This document shows positions 40,125-52,840 of a DNA stretch of 64,000 bases, in pieces. The position numbers and the translations under genes were made by a program. A model generated the notes under the pieces. That model saw only the letters and a list, made by a program, of their open reading frames with translations, did no database searches and had not been told where the DNA came from. How positions within the stretch are numbered: the first letter of the stretch is position 1; the number at the start of each line of letters is the position of its first letter. This DNA comes from Mobula hypostoma (Eukaryota), in NCBI RefSeq assembly GCF_963921235.1, contig NC_086118.1, positions 12,154,001-12,218,000 of the forward strand. The letters run 5' to 3'.

Positions 40125-40262
40125 CGCAAACACGAGGAAATCTGCAGATGCTGGAAATTCAAGCAACACACATCAAAGTTGCTGGTGAACGCAGCAGGCC
40201 AGGCAGCATCTCTAGGAAGAGGTACAGTCGATGTTTCGGGCTGAGACCCATCGTCAGGACAA
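40125..40262 (-). mobile_element. PLE pLTR module with the best hammerhead core and 12-bp TSD
   Basis: Reverse complement reads gtc-ctgacga-tgggtctcagccc-gaaac-atc-gactg; TSD agaa(g/a)caaagtt at 40113-40124 and 40263-40274. Confidence 0.82.
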
Positions 40263-42740
40263 AGAAACAAAGTTGTTGTTTTAAGCTGAATATCCTTCAG
40301 TTGAAATAGGAAAGAGAAAACAAGAGTGTTTTAAGTCACAGTGGGGGTGGGGGAGTGCATAGAGAGAATAGAGGAAATATCTAGATTGAGCAAAAAACAA
40401 ATTACTGGAAGAACTTGGCAGATCAAGTAGCATCCGAAGAGGCCAAGGGATTGGTTCACGTTTCAGGTCAACACCTTGAATTAAGATTGAAAATATTGTA
40501 TTACATGGACAATGTTGGTCCTCCTTTAGACATTGCTTTTGTTCCTCCCCACAGCCCTCTTATCTCCACATCATAACATCCAATTCTTTTAATACCTTTC
40601 CAGTTCTTATGGAAGATCAGTGCCTCTGAAACATTACTACTGCATGACCCTCTGAATATTTCCTGTTCCAGTACTTATGTTTTCTTTTTAACTTCAGGAG
40701 ATATTAAGACATGGTTTAGTCAAAGAGACTTTAATAAGGATCTTAAGAATTGGAAGACTCAGGGGGATTTCACAGTTTTGGTAACGGGTGGTTGAAGGAA
40801 AAAACACTAAACAAAGTCAGGGATGTTGAACAGGCCAGGATGTAGGACTAAATTTTAGAAGGGTAATGGTAATGGCTATGGTTATGGATTTAAAGAATAT
40901 TAAAGTCAAAGATCTGTTAGCTCAGCGAGCACTTAAAAAGCAGCCAATTAATCTCCTTGGACAGACAACAAAGAACAACTATTGGCCAGTTTAGTGAACA
41001 AAGCCATTAAGATTTTTTTCTCTCTGACTGCTAATGATCTGAACATAAAATTATAATGGCATTCTTCAATGGGATTGGCCCAGGCAATGGAGGATATTTA
41101 ATGGTTTATGGATAATGGTTTAAAACTCATTGGGAATGTTATATGAATTCTACAGGCACATTTCTGGGCACCGATGACAAAAGCAAAACTTTATTTTTAA
41201 AAAGTGGAGTGGTTTTCTAAAGGGTGGAAGGAGCTTTGGAGCCTGGAATGTGAAGAGATAGAATACTTGAATAGGGGAGAGATGGGACAACTTTTTTACA
41301 CAGAAGGTAATACATATAAAGTTCAAAGTAGAAGTATTATCAAAGTTCATATATGTTGCCATATTCAACACTGAGATTCGTTTTCTCTAGACATACTCAA
41401 TAAATCCATAGAATAATAACCATACAAAATCAGTGAAAGACCACATCACCTTAGGTGTTCAACCGGAGTGCAAAAGACACAAACTGTAGAAATATAAAAA
41501 GAAAGAAAGAAAGAATAATAGTAATAATAATAATATATAAGCAGAAAATATCAAGAACATGAGATGAAGAGTCCTTGAAAATGAGTCCCTAGGTTGTGGG
41601 ACCATTTCAATGATGGGGCATGTGAAGTTGAATGAAGCTATCCTCTTTGGTTCAAGAGCCTGATGGTTGAGGGGTAATAACTGTTTCTGGAGCTGGTGGT
41701 GTGAGTACTGGGGTTCCTGTACCTTCTTTCTGATAGCAGCAGTGAGAAGAGAGCATGATGTAGCTGGATGATGATGGATGCTGCTTTCCTACAGCACTGT
41801 TTCATGTAGATGTGCTCAATGGTGGGGAGGGCTTTACTCATGATGAACTGGCCATATCAACCACTTTTAGTAGGCTTTTCCATTCAAGGGCATTGGTGTT
41901 TTCATACCAGGCTGCAATGCAGCCAGTCAATATACTCTCCACTACACAGCTATAGAAGTTTGTCAAAGTTTTAGATGTCATGCTAAATCTTTGTAAACTC
42001 CTAAGGAAGTAGAGGCGCTGCTGTAGTTTCTTTATAATTGCACTTCTGTTCTGGGCCCAAGACAGTTCCTCTGAAATAATAACACTGGGGAATTTATAAT
42101 TTCTGATCCTCTTCATCTCTGTTCCTCCAAAGAGGACTGACTCATGGACCTCTGGTTTCCTCTCCTGAACTCAATAGTCAGCTCCTTGGTCTTGCTGATA
42201 TTGAGTAGGAGATTGTTGTTGAACTACTGGGTTGGCACCACTCAGTTCGATTATCAACCTCCCACCTATATGCTGATTCATCACCATCTTTGATTTGGCC
42301 TACGAAAATGGTGTCATCAGCAAACTTGAATATGGCATTGGAGCTGTGCTTAGCTACACAGCTAAGCCCCCTGATCTACATGTAAAACGAGTAGATCAGG
42401 GGGCTAAGCACACAGCCCTGTGGTGCACCTGTGCTGATGGAGATCGTGGAGGAGGTGTTGTTGCCAGTCCAAACTGACTGATATCTGCAAGTGAGGAAAT
42501 TGAGTATTGCACAATTGAACAAGGGGGCATAGATTGGTTTTGAGGGGATGATGGTATTAAGTGCCAAGCTGTAGTCAATAAAGACCATCCTGTTGTATGC
42601 GTCTTTGCAATCCTGATGTTCCAGGATTGAGTGAAGAGCCCATGAGATGGCAACTGCTATGGATCTGTTGAACTGGTAAGCAAATTGGAGTGGTCCAAGT
42701 TGCCTCTCAGGCAGGAATTGATATGTTAAATCACCAAATC

Positions 42741-44404
42741 TGTGTATTTAGTATTTAAGTAACATATTGGTTGCTTAAGCATTCCTGTTCATTTAAATAT
42801 TTAATTATGGGTTATATATATTAATATGTGAATTGCATACGTCACCATGCTACTACATGATATGTGCGCACCTCACATAAAGTTAAAGATGAAGTTACAC
42901 CCACGTTTCGGATTCCCGTGTTTCCTTGAATTAGTTCACTGTTTTGAAGTTACAAAAACATAAAACTGGCAATGAGGTATTTTTAAAGCAAATCCAACAC
43001 GGCTCTTGACCTGTTGAAGCGAGACTTGAAATAAAATAAAATGCAGCAAGGATAATGTCGATATAGAGCAGCACCTATCCTTTGGAAGGGAAGGACGATC
43101 GAGTTTTTTAAAACGCCATAAGTAGAAGAATTTAGGGTTCATAAAGAACGAGTAGGGTAATCATTAAAAAATCAGAAGTAGCTGCCTACTTCAGAAATAA
43201 TTGGCATGTTTGATTACACAATGGGTAATTGGTTCATGTATATTGAGCTATTAGAACAGTATTCTGAAGCAAATGAAATAGCCAATGAAAAGCGCATGCC
43301 AATTTTATTGAAGGCATATAGATGGCTTTGAAAATTGACTGCTCCAACCAAACCTGCAGAAATGAGCTTTCCTGATATTGGTAGAGTGAAGTAGGAACAG
43401 TTAGCACTGAAGCCATTGTTGATTGCAGAACGCTCTAGGTTTCATGAGCAGAATCAAACGAAGGGGAGTCCATTTCAGCGTATGTTGTTGAATTGAGGAG
43501 ACTGAACATTGTCAGTTTGATAATGGACTTAATGATGCACTGAGAGATTGTCAGTTTGTGAAATTTAAAAAGAAGACATTCAAATGCAGCTCGTAACTGA
43601 AGTATAACTTACAGTTTAAAAAGCTATTGAAATTGCTGTTTCAATGGAAACTACAGAGAGGGATGCAATTGAGTTGCAGTCAGGAATAAAAGTGAGCGTG
43701 AATAAAATTGCAACATCTAAACAGAAATCAGCCTGGTCAAACAAATTGTGTTACCGTTGTGGCTGGTGCTCACATACACCAAACAAATGCAGATTTAAAG
43801 GTGAAACTTGCAGAAAATGCAACAAAGTAGGTCACATTCAAAAACTACGTCAGGCAGACAAACATAAATTGGCTGTACAGAGAAGAGAAAAAGATAAAAA
43901 GTCAAGTTGCGGTTTCAAAAAGAGCTCTAATCTGCATGCAGTTGATGAAAAATTTGATAATGATGAGAGTGACACAGGATATGTAGCTTTAAGACTTACA
44001 GTGTAAAAATTAACAATGGCCAAGCAATATGGCTTACACCAGAAGTGATTGGCAAATTAAGTAACATGGAATTGGACACTAGGTCAGCTGTTTCAGTCAT
44101 TCCACAAAATGAATTTGAACGGAATTTCAAAGATACTAAACTGAAGCCTGCAGCAATCCAACTAAGAATTTATGCTGGAGAAAAGATAACTCACCTGGGA
44201 CTGACATTCGTGACAGTGAAATACAACAATCAACAAGCCACATTGAGCTTGTCTGTTGTAAAAACAAAAGGACCAGCATTATGGGGGCATGATTGGCTGA
44301 GTCAACTATAACTTAATTGGAGATCCATCCATAATTTGCATGCCACATCCCAATGAAACCATCAGAAAGTGAATTAAGAAGGGTGCTGGGTGATGCCACA
44401 ACAG
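42741..44404 (+). mobile_element. Gypsy LTR retrotransposon 5' part (LTR, PBS, gag, protease), degenerate
   Basis: TG...CA LTR-like 42741-42960; PBS-like tggcaatgagg 42967-42977; zinc knuckles CYRCG..H...C and CRKCNKVGH; protease-like MELDTRSAVS..GPALWGHDWL. Confidence 0.85.
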
Positions 44405-44512
44405 TATCCAGAAGAAGGGTCTCAGCTGGAAATGTCGACTACCGATTCGTTTTCCATAGATACTGCCTAACCTGCTGAGTTCCTCCAGCATTTTGCGTGT
44501 GTTGCTTTGAAA
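44405..44512 (+). mobile_element. PLE pLTR fragment
   Basis: ccagaagaagggtctcagctggaaatgtcgact...ctgctgagttcctccagcattttg. Confidence 0.75.
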
Positions 44513-45030
44513 TCAAAGAACCTCTGGGGGCGTGTAGGAGTTCATGATGGTTCCTCCATGTTTTGATAGTCAAAGCGAGCATAGAAGGCATTGAGCTCAT
44601 CTGGAAGTGAAGCCCTGCTGACACCTATGTCGCTTGATTTAACTTTATAAGAAGTCATAGTATTCCAGCTCTTCCACAACTGTGGACTAACCTTCAATGA
44701 TTCAAGTTTAGTCCAGCATTGCCACTTGGCTTGTGAGATAGCTTGCCAGAGATCGTACTTGGAGCTCTTGAAACTTTCTTGGTCACAAGACTTGAATACA
44801 TCTGATCTGGCCCCCTGCAGATTATGGATCTCACGGTTCATCCAGGGTTTATGTTTGGGGAAGACTCTGAATGATTTTGTGGGGACACACTTGTCTACAA
44901 CTATTTTAATGAAGTCCATGACAACCATGGTGTGTTCATTCAGATCCGCAGATGAGTCCTTGAACGTGGCCTGGTCTACTTATTGAAGCGATCCTGTAGC
45001 TACTGCTCTGCCTCCCACGGCCTCCCCCTT

Positions 45031-46765
45031 ACCATAGAACCATAGAAACAGGCCTTTTGGCCCTTCTTGGCTGTGCTGAACCATTTTTCTGCTTAGTCCC
45101 ACTGACATGGACCTGGACCATATCCCTCCATACACCTCTCATCCATGTACCTGTCCAAGTGTTTCTTAAATGCTAAAAGTGAGCCTGCATTTACCACTTC
45201 ATCTGGCAGCTCATTCCACACTCCCACCACTCTCTGTGTGAAGAACCCCCCCCCAATGTTCCCTTTAAACTTTTACCCCTTCACCCTTAACCCATGTCCT
45301 CTGGTTTTTTTTCGCCCCTAGCCTCAGTGGAAAAAGCCTGCTTGCATTCACTCTATCTATACCCATCATAATTTTATATAACTCTATCAAATCTCCCCTC
45401 ATTCTTCTATGCTCCAGGGAATAAAGTCCTAACCTATTCAACCTTTCTCTGTAACTCACTTTCTCAAGTCCTGGAAACATCCTTGTAGACCTTCTCTGCA
45501 CTCTTTCAACCTTATTAATATCCTTTCTGTAATTTGGTGACCAAAACTGCACACAAAACTCCAAATCCGGTCTCACCAATGCCTTGTACAACCTCATCAT
45601 AACATTCCAAATCTTATACTCAATACATTGATTTATAAAGGCCAATGTACCAAAAGCTCTCTTTACGACCCTATCTACCTGTGATGCCACTTTTAGGGAG
45701 TTTTCTATCTGTTTTCCCAGAACCCTCTGTTCTACTGCACTCCTCAGTGCCCTACCATTTACCTTATATGTTCTACCTTGGTTTGTCCTTCCAAAGTGCA
45801 ATACCTCACACTTGTCTCTATTAAACTCCATCTGCCATTTTTTAGCCCATTTTTCCGGCTGGTCCAAATCCCTCTGCAAGCTTTGAAAACCTTCCTCACT
45901 GTCCACTACACCTCCAATCTTTGTATCATCAGCAAATTTGCTGATCCAACTTATCACATTATCATTCAAATCATTGATATAGATGACAAATAACAATGGA
46001 CCCAGCACTGATCCCTGTGGCACACCACTAGTTCACAGGCCTCCACTCAGAGACGCAGTCCTCCACTACCACTCTCTGGCTTCTTCCATTGAGCTAAAGT
46101 CTAATCCAATTTACTGCTTCTCCATGTATACCTAGCAAATGAATCTTCCTAACTAACCTCCCATGCGGGACCTTGTCAAAGGCCTTACTGAAGTCCACAT
46201 AGACAACATCCACTGCCTTCCCTTCATCTACTTTCCTGGTAACCTCCTCGAAAAACTCTTGATAGATTTGTTAAACATGACCTACCATGCACAAAGCCAT
46301 GTTGACTCTCCCTAGTAAGTCCCTGTCTATCCAAGTACTTGTAGATCCTATCTCTTAGTACTCCTTCCAATAATTTACCTACTACCGACATCAAACCTAC
46401 TGGCTTATTATTTCCCGGATTACTTTTAGAGCCTTTTTTAAACAATGGAACAATATGAGCTATCCTCCAATCCTCCAGCACCTCACCCACAGGTACTGAC
46501 ATTTTAAATATATCTTCCATGGCCCCTGCAATTTCAACACTAGTCTCCTTCAAGGTCCGAGGGAATAGCCTGTTAGGTCCTGGGGATTTATCTGCTTTGA
46601 TTTGCCTCAAGATAGCAAGCACCTCCTCCTCTTCAAACTGTATAGGTTCCATGACCTCAGTACTTGTTTGCTTTATTTCCATTGACTCCATGCCAGTTTC
46701 GTTAGTAAATACAGATGCAAAAAAACCATTTAAGATCTCCCCCATTTCTTTTAGTTCCATACATA
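45031..46765 (-). mobile_element. Relatively young CR1 LINE (RT domain to 3' tail), frameshifted
   Basis: ORFs 46224-46781 (KSPGP..PLFKKG..QHGF..SCLTNL) and 45265-46023 (PQGSVLGPLLF..FADDTK); tail accatagaaccatagaa. Confidence 0.95.
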
Positions 46766-48534
46766 CCCCTTGTTGTCCCAATCTCTGGAGCTTTGTTCTT
46801 TAGCCTCTGCTCTGCCTGTATGCAGGTAGGAGAAATACAGCCAATTGATACGATTTACCGAAATGCACTCTGGGCATGGAATGGTAGGCATTCCTTATCT
46901 TAGCATAACAGTGGTGTAGTGTGTGGGTCCTCTGGTGCTGCAGGTTATATGCTGATGGTAATTGGGTAGGGTTTTATTCAAACAGGCCTGGTACTATGAT
47001 TTGAAATCCATTGGGACTGTTTCTTGGAAATGGCATCATGCAGTATCTCAAGCATTTGATTATAGTCGGCTGCTGGTGGTATGTAAACAGGGTAGAGGTA
47101 TATAAACTGTTGTTATGATTACGGAGGAGAACTTCCTTGGTAAATAGAGTGGGCACCATTTGATCGTTAGGTGTTCAAGATTGGGGAACAGGAGTTTGAC
47201 AAAACTGCCTCATCGGAGCACAAGCAAGATCTTATCATGAAAAACACACATCCACCTTTTGCCGACCCATGCGGAATGAACTGCCAGAGGAAGTGAGGTA
47301 TGATGACAACTTCTGATGACAGTTGATTAGGTACTTGGAAGGACCAAAAAGCACCAGCTTGAAAAGACAACTTGGACAGTGTGGAACCGATGGACCGATG
47401 GCCTATTTCTGTGCTGTATGACTATCACTCGATCACTTTAGGAGTTGGGGTTTGAGGCAGTGAGGAAATGAGGGTGGAGGAGGAGGAGCGGAATTAGAAG
47501 AGGAAAGTAAGGTTGAAGAGGGACTGGAGAAAAGGGGGAGGTGGGGGTTTGAGAAGAGGAATGAAGTATGCGATGCATATTGAAGAGAAAGAGAGCACGA
47601 GCACAAAAGAGATGGAGGCTGAGAGGAGAGGGAGCTGACTGTGGGGGAGAGAAGAAGGTGGGGATTAAGGAAGAGTGGGAGGAGTGTAAGGAGTATTGAG
47701 GATATTAGGGTGATATCCAAGAGGAGATAGGAGGAGGATATAGTTCGAGGGGAAGAAGAGTAGGAGTTGAGAAGCCACCTCCAAAGTGCCTGGAAATATC
47801 ATATCAACTGGGAGCAAGAGAATGTTATGGAATTAGTTGAAGTGATACTGGGGACATTTTTAAAACCTGGAGATAGCAGTGGGGTAGCTGGGAAGCTGCC
47901 TACGAGCATGTTACACAGGCTCAGGTCGAAGATCGTGCAATCACTGATCCAGACTGCAGCGGTGGATCACGTGGTGCAGCTGTCTTCATTGGGCTGCTGA
48001 TATCCCCAGTCTTTAAACCTGTAAAAGTTACGGCATCAATGAGGAAGGGCCAAATGTTAGCGAGAATCAAACCGTCTGATTCCTATCAGCTGGTCACTAC
48101 TCTTGATGTCATGAAATGCCTGCTCCCACTGTTGGTCAAATGACAGCAAAAATACAAAGCTTATTCAGCTAATTTGTCAAAAGACATAGTCAGCATCTGG
48201 ACCATGTGTCTCACATCTGCGTCCGTCACGGGGAATGAAGATAGATGAACATCTTGTCTAACACAATGGTCACAAAGCAGGTGCACAACCTCAATAGAGA
48301 AGGGGGGATGGTCCCGCTCTGTGTGTCTGTCACTTTTAACTCTTGAAGCTCTGACCAACTGTTTCACCCTTCCTGCTTCTACAAATTTGTACTTACCTAT
48401 TTTGTTGCTTTGTTTCTGTCTGCTTCGGTCTTGAATCTTGAATCTTGAATCATCTCACCTCTTGGTGAAAAATCCAACACCCATTCATGAGTATAGACAG
48501 TAATTACCGACAGCTTTAGAGAGCCAAGGTGCTT

Positions 48535-49150
48535 TCTCTGCAACAGCCATCTTAGGCTTCCTGTTGTGTGTCATTTCATCTCCCTTCCCTTTCCCAAACC
48601 AACCTGTCTATCCTCTGCCTTCTCTACTGCCCAGCAGAGAAACTTGTGAATATTACTTCTCATATTCTTGTTCTGTAAACTACAGCCCAGTGGTGTGAAA
48701 ACTGAATTTTCCATTTTCAAGTGACCCGCTCTCCCTGTTTTCCTTTTCCACTCTCTCAGTCTACCTAGAATCTCATCTCTTCCTTCACATACCTCACTAT
48801 ATAGATATTCTGCTCCTCTTTCCACCTGCCCAAATACCAGATACCTTTGTACCTGGGCTTCTCCTTTGGTTCACCTTTCCTTTCCTCCTCTCCCATTGGT
48901 TCCATCTCCCCACTGAACCTCTCCTAACCACCTATCACCTTCTCAACTCCATTTGGTTTTACCTGCTCACACACCCATCCCTTGCCTGGTCTACCCATCA
49001 CTTACCAACTACCTTACCCTTTTCTCTCATCTCTCTCGGTCCTGACAGAGAGTCTCGACCTGAAATGTTGACCATCACTTTGCCCCATAGATGCTGCTTG
49101 ATCTACTGAGTTCTTTCAACAATTTATCTTTTTTTGCTTCAGATGCCAGC
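48535..49150 (+). mobile_element. PLE 3' end: GIY-YIG C-terminal remnant plus pLTR
   Basis: cctgttgtgtgtcatttc (PV..HF), aaactacagcccagtggtgtgaaaactgaattttcc (LQP.G...EF); then cggtcctgacagagagtctcgacctgaaatgttgacc. Confidence 0.72.
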
Positions 49151-49174
49151 AAGTAAAATTTTGTATCTCTAGAC

Positions 49175-49254
49175 CGTGGGTTCCCGACCTGGGGTCCACA
49201 GACCCCTCAGTTAATGGTTGGGGTCCATGGCAAAAAAATGGTTGGGAACTCCTG
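49175..49254. mobile_element. 80-bp hAT (Charlie-type) MITE
   Basis: TIRs gggttcccgacc / ggttgggaactcctg; 8-bp TSD ctctagac / ttctagac fits the NTCTAGAN preference. Confidence 0.85.
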
Positions 49255-49577
49255 TTCTAGACAATGAATATTACTAGTCTAGTTGACCTAGGGTCATATT
49301 AAATGGTATACTTGGTATATGGTATTGTGGTTAACGTTCACGATAATTGCAAGGTGTTGTTCCTGTCTCATATGTAGACACAGACCTTCCATTTAGAGCT
49401 CACTTGAGACCATGGATCCTGTTTATCCTAGTTATCTCCCCAGCCCCTTTAAACCTTCTCAATTGCTGTAGCCACAGGTGGAGCATTGACGAAGGTCAGC
49501 CAGTGACACCAGTTGAAAGTGGATGCTGGGCTCTTACTAGACCATAAGAGTCTTGTCACATAGAAACCAATTATTTG

Positions 49578-49893
49578 GAGGGCAGCACAGTAGTGTAGCA
49601 GTTAGCACAAGATTATTACAGTACCAGCTGTAAAATCAGGGTTCGATTCCTGCTGCTGTCCGTAAGGAGTTTGTAAATGTTCTCGTTCACCACCCTGGGT
49701 TTCCTCTGGGTGTTCAGGTTTCCTCCCATATTCCAAAGATGTATGGTTAAGGTTAATGAATTATGAACATACTATGTTGGTGCTGGAAGTTTGCCAACAC
49801 TTACAGGCTGATTTGAAGCTGATTTCATTTGACACTAAAACAGACACATTTCACTACATGTTTCAGTGCACATGTGGGAAATAAAGCTAATCT
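49578..49893 (+). mobile_element. V-SINE (HE1-like), full length
   Basis: A box tagtgtagcagtt, B box gggttcgattcc, V-domain gggtttcctctgggtgttcaggtttcctcccatattccaaaga; tail aataaagctaatctt. Confidence 0.8.
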
Positions 49894-51029
49894 TATGTAT
49901 TAAAAATATTTTTCATCTGAAGGACGAAACATTATGATTGTAACACTGGAAGCTAATAAAAGTGACAACTGGAGAAAAAGAAACAAAATAACTTAGACAT
50001 TGACATCAAAATAAGGTAGGGGGATTATAGGAGGAAGGGGTTACTGAAGGAGGTAAATACTACTCTGAAGCAACTAGCCTTCATTCATTCATAGTATTGT
50101 CAGAGGATTCATTTCCTTTGATGATGTCCTTACAGGCTTTAGTGTTATGTTCAGCACATGGAAACCTTCCTGATGATAAAGTGTCCTATTTAGTAGTAAC
50201 AAAGGAACTGATGCACAGTTGGAGTCCACTGTGATTCTTCCATTTTGTCATCCTGTACAGACCCATGGGCGAGCTCTTCATAGAAATAGCATTTGTATGC
50301 AGATCTCTCATCTTCAAATTGTCTAAAATGGTATTTCCCAGCTGACTTCATTTGTCCACACCCTGAAAAACATTACTGAGGAGTTTGTCTATCTCAGGCG
50401 ATGTCCTAATGGGCAGAATGAAGCAGCTAATTTTCTAGCTTAGCAAGTGTAATGATGAAAGAGTTTTGCACTTTATTATAACATTGGTATTGACCAGTGG
50501 TTATTCGGCCACTGTAATATATTCTGCTGCTGCACAGTATATAAACTCCAGTTGATTTTGTTTATAATACTGATTGGATTGTACAAAGATTTTTTCCCAT
50601 GATTGAGGAGTAAACCTAATTATTATTATTCCAGGAAAATACATGAGAGTATTATTTGGTATTCCAGGACAATACCTACAAAAAATTATTATGCAGTGGT
50701 AAAATGTTAATATTTGGTCTGTTATGTTTTTTCCAGGAATGTACATTTTCTCCACATCAGTGAACCTTTTGTAACACGGAGGAGGTAAAGTTCGTTAGTG
50801 CATTAAAAACTCAGAAAACAGCAAGTTTTACATTATGTGCAAAAATTCAATGCAATTTTCTTCCTGGAACCTAATATATAGACCCAGTGTTTTATTTGAT
50901 CCAGAAATGGGCTTCTTAATCAAACATTAAAAGTGAGCATGAACATTTGAATTTGTAGCTTCATTTGCATATTAAATGTCACTTGAGATTAACCTACACT
51001 TCAGCAACATCTTTCATGGTAGTGGACAA

Positions 51030-51250
51030 ATTGCCTGCAGGGAGTTTGTAAGTTCTCCCCGTAACCGCATGGGTTTCCTTTGGGTGCTCTGGTTTCCTCC
51101 TCGAGTCCAAGGACGTACCAGTTGGTAGGTTAATTGGTCATTGTAAATTGTCCCATGATTAGGCTAGGATTAAACTGGGAGTTTGCTGGGCAGTGTAGCT
51201 CGAAGAGCCAGAAGTGCCTATTCTGCGCTGTATCTCAATAATAAAAAAAG
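51030..51250 (+). mobile_element. V-SINE 3' portion
   Basis: V-domain gggtttcctttgggtgctctggtttcctcctcgagtccaaggac; A-rich tail. Confidence 0.75.
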
Positions 51251-52713
51251 AAATGTACTAGGAAATACCATTTTTTGACAATCCGCAGGGAAATGTTACT
51301 TTTACAAAGAGCTCACCTTTGGGACTGTGCAGGGTGACAAAATGGGAGAATCACAGTGGACTTAAACTGTGCATCAGTTCTTTTGTTACCACTAAAAAGG
51401 ACTTTTTATCAATTGGATAGCTCCCCTGTGATGAACATAACACTAAGCCTATGAGGACAACATCAAAGGAAATATCCTCTGCGGATAATTCCATGAATGA
51501 ATGTATGGCTAGTTTTTCAGCTTACCATCCATAAAGGCAATCATTGTATAAGTGGTGTTGAGCCAGAATACACAGCCTTGTCTCATTAAAAAGACTAATG
51601 TCAGAAAGCAATGCAAGTGTTTGTAGTAGTAATCCTCCCCCTACTGTACACACCATGAGATGAGGCAAGAAAATGTCACCTATCGAAGACAATCAGGAAG
51701 ATCTGAGACCAGATAGGACCACCACGATCTACAACCACTAAAGGCAGTGCTGGCAGTTGGGAGGCTATTGCTAGACTGTGCCATCTTCTTTAACAAGAGG
51801 GCAATGTTACTGCAGTGCCCATTGTTTAGATGGCCATTACTTTTTGTCTCTTCACGTGGCAATAACAGGAGAGTTACCGAAGATTGAGGTGAATAGTGTT
51901 GCAGTACAGTACAGCGTGCCTTGCACATTGGTAAAGCTGTGCTAGTAAGAATTCAGCAAGTTTGATGAAAGAGATGTCAGTACAAGGATATTACCAGCAG
52001 CTCAATTTTATATAATTAAATGTCCTACAGCTACAAGCCTTGCTACAGAGACTTGTGCACAGAAGTACAGGCTGGCAGTCCGGACCGGTCTCATTCTGAG
52101 TGTGTGCTGCATGGTCAGATGTGCAGTGTTTCAGGAACATAATGTAGAGAACCCATCTGTTCTTCGGGTGTGGTTGCAAGAAGCACTATGTCACCATTCC
52201 AAAGGAGAGCAGGGATTTATCCTGGCCAATATCCCTCTGAAGTATCCAGGGCATCTTCAAGGAGCATGTAACGTTACATTGAAGCGGGTTCACGGGTTTG
52301 GTGGGTGAGACAGAAAACACTGACTGTACATAAGTGCATTAATTATTTATTTCCAAACAAAATTCAACCAAACATTTAAGTCCCATCAAGTTTCACAAAC
52401 TACGGAACTAAATATTCCACAAACAGGTACTTGGTAAAAGTAAGTGCAGAGCATACTGTGCCTTCCTGACACTTCTGGGGACAAGGGGAAAGAGAGAGAA
52501 TTTCTCACACATGCTACTCTTTGTACCCCGAGGTGTTTGAAACTGGACACTGGGTGCCGTGGCATGCAAGCCCAACCAATAGGAAGAGCAGCTGCAGTTT
52601 TTAAACTGACCAATCACAATCGACACAAAGGTAGAGGCTTTCGACAGTAGGTAAGCCCTGCCCCCCACAGGACAGGGCAATGCCTCAAAATGCAATGTTA
52701 AGGACCCCCGTCA

Positions 52714-52840
52714 TTCTCATTGATACCATCAGGAAGGACATGCCCACTTCTCATTGATACCATCAGGAAGGACATGCTCTCTTCTCATTGATACCATCAG
52801 GAAGGACATGCCCACTTCTCATTGACACCATCAGGAAGGA
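52714..52840. repeat. 34-bp tandem repeat (about 3.7 copies) inside a Rex1 3' fragment (about 52680-52970)
   Basis: Unit ttctcattgataccatcaggaaggacatgcccac corresponds to the Rex1 H..FSL.PSGRR coding segment. Confidence 0.88.

Larger units (their letters stand above)
41318..47272 (-). mobile_element. Near-complete degenerate Rex1/Babar LINE (APE, RT, 3'UTR) interrupted by nested elements
   Basis: APE region about 46770-47270 (KGGCVFFM..SCSP, YHQHITCSTRG, LLPAY); linker 44512-45030 (KPWMN..SLPDELNAFYARF); RT and 3' part 41640-42735 (FIDYS, GAPQGCVLSPL, QRLYFLR); tail at 41318. Confidence 0.82.

Noticed and set aside
47433..47770. Purine-rich tract with a 95-aa minus-strand ORF
   Set aside because: Low complexity, not coding
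48161..48400. Minus-strand AG|GTAAGT donor and nearby 68-aa ORF as a host exon
   Set aside because: One such match is expected by chance in 64 kb; no acceptor or protein similarity seen
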